This document shows, piece by piece, positions 60,899 to 64,000 of a DNA stretch of 64,000 bases. The position numbers and the translations under genes are program-made. This stretch comes from an uncultured Nitrososphaerota archaeon (GTDB lineage: Archaea; Thermoproteota; Nitrososphaeria; Nitrososphaerales; Nitrosopumilaceae), in NCBI GenBank assembly GCA_963701075.1, contig OY969559.1, forward strand, positions 1,312,001-1,376,000, given 5' to 3'. The first letter of the stretch is position 1; each line of letters opens with the position of its first letter. The notes below the pieces were generated by a model. The model saw nothing but the letters and a program-made list of their open reading frames with translations, did no database searches and was not told the DNA's origin.

Positions 60899-61314
60899 AT
60901 GGTAGTTGTATTCTCACATGGTCAGATATAGAAACAGATGTAAAGATCCTTGCAGAGAAAATAAAAAATACAGGCTTTAGATTTGATGAGATTGCTACTG
61001 TATCAAGAGGCGGATTAATTCCATCTAGATTGTTAGCTGACCAGTTAGATGTCAAAAGCATACGTGTTGACAAAAACAAGATACCTGCAAAAACATTGTT
61101 TGTAGATGACATCTACGATTCAGGAAAGACTTTTAAAAAAATCATCTCACAGGTAGAATTTCCTGATAATTTCATATACGCAACTCTGATTGCGCGAAGA
61201 AAAACAAGATATCCAAAACAGTTGGTCTATGCGAAAAAAACTAAAGGTACAGAATACATCGTGTTTCCTTGGGAATTGCTAGAACAAAAAAGATCAAAAC
61301 CCAAAAATAATTAA
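60899..61314 (+). CDS. Purine phosphoribosyltransferase family protein (5' end disrupted)
   Basis: ILTWSDIE...VSRGGLIP, LFVDDIYDSGKT and IVFPWE. The frame is open upstream of 61030 but has no in-frame start after a TAA at 60892. Confidence 0.8.
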
Positions 61315-61337
61315 TGATGGTGCAAGTTATTTAGCAT

Positions 61338-61793
61338 ATGGCATTTGGTGGAGATGTTGATACTCTTAGTCTCACATTTGACAAATTGCAATATATTTTC
61401 AACGGATATGATATAATTCGCGATTCATTTCTTGAAATAAATACATTGTATAAACAAGGAAATATTGCAGATCATGAGTTTTTTGATAAGATACATGAAA
61501 GCATAATGCGATTTTCTGCATTAGAGTTTTTGTCGATAAAATCAATTTTTGAAATCAAGAAAGCATTGGACAGAAACATGAGAAACGCCAATACTGCCAT
61601 GATAGTAGAACCATTGTCTTCGGACATCCACGTTCAAAGCCATTCAATTTCTGCGTTTATTGTTGCAGGTACTCTACCTAGTTCAAATTCACAGAGGATG
61701 CCCTTTAAAATAGAGAACAGGAATTGCCTACATTGCTAAAGTCCCATCAGAAAGAGTTCAAAATTTTGTGCTAATTGTGGCAATAAGATTTAG
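61338..61793 (+). CDS. Hypothetical protein with a C-terminal zinc ribbon interrupted by an in-frame TAA at 61737
   Basis: ...NCLHC*SPIRKSSKFCANCGNKI reads in a single frame. Confidence 0.7.
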
Positions 61794-61845
61794 AATTTTG
61801 ATCTCAGAGTACTTGCCTCAGGTATACAAACATCTTGAGATATTG

Positions 61846-62082
61846 CTAGTTTCCAGTTTTCGCTTGCTTGGATCTACGCTTTGCTATTGCACCACATACT
61901 ATAGAAGCAATTAGTAACGCAAAAGCTATTTCTGTATAATACTGATAAGTCACACTTTTAATATTTATAAATGATAAAATAATGAGGACAAAACCAATAG
62001 CTGCAAATACAAAACTTAAAACACCAAGATTATTTTTTGACGTGCTTTTTGTGTAATTTGAGATGTATTTCAACGCTATCAT
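61846..62082 (-). CDS. Small two-TM membrane protein
   Basis: Two hydrophobic helices and a basic tail. Confidence 0.6.
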   Translation of the reverse strand: MIALKYISNYTKSTSKNNLGVLSFVFAAIGFVLIILSFINIKSVTYQYYTEIAFALLIASIVCGAIAKRRSKQAKTGN

Positions 62083-62315
62083 AATTATTTTAAGTGGATA
62101 GAACTGAATTATGGCCTTTTAGCGCTCTCTAGTTTGGCACACACTAGAGTCTGACTTTTCAAACACATACATGAAGATAAGGAGAAGAGACATGATATTT
62201 GCCATTTCACATAATCAAAAACTCGGCATCATTTTCTAATTCTTTATCAACAACCCCTATACAATTTATTGGCAGTAATAGTTAGGCCCAATTAATCCAA
62301 GTGACAAAACTAAGA

Positions 62316-62684
62316 TTATGATGTATTAATTTTGTATATTTCCAGCGCTTGTTTTATTTCATGCATACTAAATGGCTTGTAGATAATTGCGTTAATTTTT
62401 AGTTCTTCTAATTTTCGACCTGTTTCCAAAGTTAGATTTGCTGTTACTGCTACAATCTTTGCAGTAGGATCAATTTCTCTGATTTTCCTAATAGCATAAA
62501 ATCCATCCGTTTTAGGCATCATGAGATCAATAAAAACAACATCAGGTCTATACTGTTTATAAAGACATACAGCTTCACTTCCGCTAAAACCTTTCCCCAC
62601 TACACGTAGTCCCATAAGGTCTAGAATATCAGAAAAAACCTTGGTAGTATTCACATCGTCATCCACAACTATACAGGTAGTCAT
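62316..62684 (-). CDS. Stand-alone response regulator receiver
   Basis: IVVDDD, FIDLMMP and YKPF. Confidence 0.93.
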   Translation of the reverse strand: MTTCIVVDDDVNTTKVFSDILDLMGLRVVGKGFSGSEAVCLYKQYRPDVVFIDLMMPKTDGFYAIRKIREIDPTAKIVAVTANLTLETGRKLEELKINAIIYKPFSMHEIKQALEIYKINTS

Positions 62685-62804
62685 AATAACCCTAACATGA
62701 AATCCATTTAAAAAGATTCATTCAGACATTGCCTAAAAATTAATTTGAAATATTGTAGTAAAAAATTAATTTCTTAATATGTGGCATTATGCGCTAACAT
62801 TTTG

Positions 62805-64000
62805 ATGAATTTTAAGACAAAATTAGTCATAGGATTTTTAGCTATTATTTCTGTCATGATCATATACGGATTATTTGTTAATGAAATAAAAAAAATCCCA
62901 TTAAACTATGAATATATTGCAGAACAAGAAGGACGAGATCGCGTATTGAATTCCCTTGGAGGAAACCTGTCAGAACCATTTGGGATAAGAGAGACTTTAC
63001 GAGAAAATGTGGTAAATGTGACTGGCAATATTTTAGAGATCAATTCTACTATACTAGGGAGAGATCCTGTAACAAATAAAATTGTCTTTGATGACACTCA
63101 TGTATTTTTTGTTGATAGAACCACTGGAAAGCATCAATCGACGAATGAATATTTCATTTTTCCACCCAATGTTCAAAAAGAAGATTATGATTTTTTCCAT
63201 CCCATGATATTTTCTGAAACTCCTTTTGTTTTTGACCGAGAAGATAACATTGATGGTCTTGATGTATATGATTTCTCGTGTAAATATAGCGATGTGGATG
63301 TATCTTCAGACCATCCAGAATTTGCATCTAAAAAGATACTTTCTGACGGAGGTTGTACAATCTCAGTTGAGCCTGTAACTGGAATTATGGTTTCTTTTTC
63401 TAAATACTGGGATGACTATTTTGTAAATGATGGTGTCAGAGGAGCAGATGTAGAGATCGGAGAAAAACACACCACTGAATATTCCAAAAATATTTTAGTT
63501 AATACTGCAAAATCTACAAAGACGCTCTATTTTTTTCTTGATTTAGTTTTTCCAAGTTTGATCGGGGTAGTTGGAATTGCAATATTATTTGTGGCACTCT
63601 TATTTGACAAAACAAAAAATCAAGCCAAAATCATCATACAAACACAAAATGAGGTGATAAAAAAAGAAAAGCTGTCTGTAGTAGGTGAACTTACTGCAAG
63701 AATTTCGCATGACCTTCGAAACCCATTAAGTGCAATCAGATTAACAATTCAAGCAATCGAGATGAGAGTCAATAATAAGTTGGACCCAAAACTTGAGGAA
63801 TATCTTCCAATAATAAATGATGCCGTATCTAGAATCAATCACCAGATTAACCAAGTATTAGGATTTGTTAAAACAATGCCTTTGGACAAAAAACTAGTCT
63901 CAATTTCCAACATTTTGGATGATTCTATTAAAAACACAAACATCCCAAAAAATATCTCAACAATACTACCGGAAAATGACTTTTCTCTCATGGCAGACAG
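62805..64000 (+). CDS. Membrane histidine kinase with a DUF3068/PorA-like extracellular domain (3'-truncated by window)
   Basis: Hand translation from ATG 62805: TM, FFVDRTTGKH...FIFPPNVQK...VEPVTGI, second TM, H box ISHDLRNPLS. Confidence 0.85.
   Translation, partial: MNFKTKLVIGFLAIISVMIIYGLFVNEIKKIPLNYEYIAEQEGRDRVLNSLGGNLSEPFGIRETLRENVVNVTGNILEINSTILGRDPVTNKIVFDDTHVFFVDRTTGKHQSTNEYFIFPPNVQKEDYDFFHPMIFSETPFVFDREDNIDGLDVYDFSCKYSDVDVSSDHPEFASKKILSDGGCTISVEPVTGIMVSFSKYWDDYFVNDGVRGADVEIGEKHTTEYSKNILVNTAKSTKTLYFFLDLVFPSLIGVVGIAILFVALLFDKTKNQAKIIIQTQNEVIKKEKLSVVGELTARISHDLRNPLSAIRLTIQAIEMRVNNKLDPKLEEYLPIINDAVSRINHQINQVLGFVKTMPLDKKLVSISNILDDSIKNTNIPKNISTILPENDFSLMAD

Overview
This is a chromosomal window from an ammonia-oxidising archaeon (Nitrososphaerota, most like Nitrosotalea/Nitrosopumilales). 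The evidence is the AT-rich DNA, archaeal EF-1alpha, S10, RpoP, PolB1, Hjc and Hef, FBP aldolase/phosphatase, Amt with two P-II genes, PEFG-CTERM proteins and many stand-alone receiver domains. Positions ~1-15 kb form an accessory signalling and cell-surface island: histidine kinases, three receivers, a TPR protein with an exact 609-bp duplication, a YVTN propeller, a matrixin, a CBS protein, an 837-aa surface protein, a TrmB-family regulator and a prepilin peptidase. Most island transcription units carry a degenerate palindrome (TGTWCA-N3-TGAACA) about 46-53 bp upstream of the start codon, suggesting an undescribed, probably TrmB-driven regulon. The rest is mostly core AOA housekeeping. Other points of note: (i) at least five conserved genes are broken by single-base indels that can be repaired to AGCT or sit next to it, which points to basecalling errors at a modified AGCT motif rather than real pseudogenes; (ii) FBP aldolase/phosphatase has a ~120-aa Q/P/N-rich tail; (iii) a GC-rich intergenic hairpin lies upstream of ilvA; (iv) several unannotated Cys-rich microproteins are present, one metallothionein-like; (v) DtxR/MntR-type boxes overlap the mntH promoter. 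I saw no CRISPR array, rRNA or recognisable mobile element. All calls come from reading the sequence by eye, with no database searches.
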